Of a stretch of DNA of 28,361 nt, positions 28,091 through 28,361 are shown in pieces. This DNA is from Chiloscyllium plagiosum (taxonomy: Eukaryota). Position 1 is the first letter of the stretch. Each line of letters opens with the position of its first letter. The stretch covers positions 3,047,286-3,075,646 of the forward strand of contig NC_057755.1 in assembly GCF_004010195.1 (NCBI RefSeq), given 5' to 3'. The notes beneath the pieces are model-generated. The model was not told where the DNA came from and searched no databases. It worked only from the letters and a program-made list of their open reading frames with translations. The position numbers and the translations under genes were made by a program.

Positions 28091-28361
28091 AAAGTTAAAA
28101 ATCACACAACACCAGGTTATAGTCCAACAGGTTTAATTGGAAGCACACTAGCTTTCGGAGCGACGCTCCTTCATCAGGTGATAGTGGAGGGCTCAATCCT
28201 AACACACAGAACTTATCGCAAAAATTTGCAGTGTGACGTAACTGAAATTATACATTTAAAAATTGATTGTCTGTTAAGCCTTTCATCTGTTGGAATACAG
28301 TGATAGTTTCACTTCTTTCATGTGTAAATCACAAAACCTTTTTTTTTAAAAGTTGCATTCT
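28091..28361 (-). mobile_element. Penelope-like element 3' end (family B), running off the window edge
   Basis: Matches 2937-3004 and the reverse complement of 3067-3155; the minus strand 28177-28149 reads CTGATGAAGGAGCGTCGCTCCGAAAGCTA. Confidence 0.78.

Noticed and set aside
28305..28316. ISRE-like AGTTTCACTTCT upstream of the NLR
   Set aside because: Imperfect match, inside a Penelope element, and the NLR TSS is unknown.

Overview
Eukaryotic, repeat-rich genomic DNA, almost certainly from a cartilaginous fish; the HE1/V-SINE, CR1 and Penelope content points to a carpet shark such as Chiloscyllium or Hemiscyllium (inference). Two genes face each other tail-to-tail. (1) On +, the main exon (565-1451) of a class A orphan GPCR of the shark-expanded GPR139/GPR142-like family; its short first exon is not in the window. 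(2) On -, a complete NLR innate immune receptor that I assembled by hand from 10 coding exons (21383 down to 3796). All introns are GT-AG, phases are consistent, and the CDS is 2961 nt (986 aa): CARD-like death fold, FISNA-like linker, NACHT, RI-type LRRs. Introns and flanks hold CR1 LINE fragments (one ~3.2 kb copy), V-SINEs, a Gypsy LTR+gag relic, an LTR pair with a 5-bp TSD spanning an assembly gap, a 5S rRNA pseudogene, and many short, often palindromic Penelope-derived inserts with minimal hammerhead-ribozyme motifs and long TSDs. Most short ORFs in the track are spurious or TE-derived. I cannot demonstrate a wholly new system. The best leads are the hammerhead-bearing Penelope inserts (one supplies the first polyA signals downstream of the NLR stop), a possible LRR-less NLR isoform, and the GPCR's N1.50 substitution and 3' hairpin.
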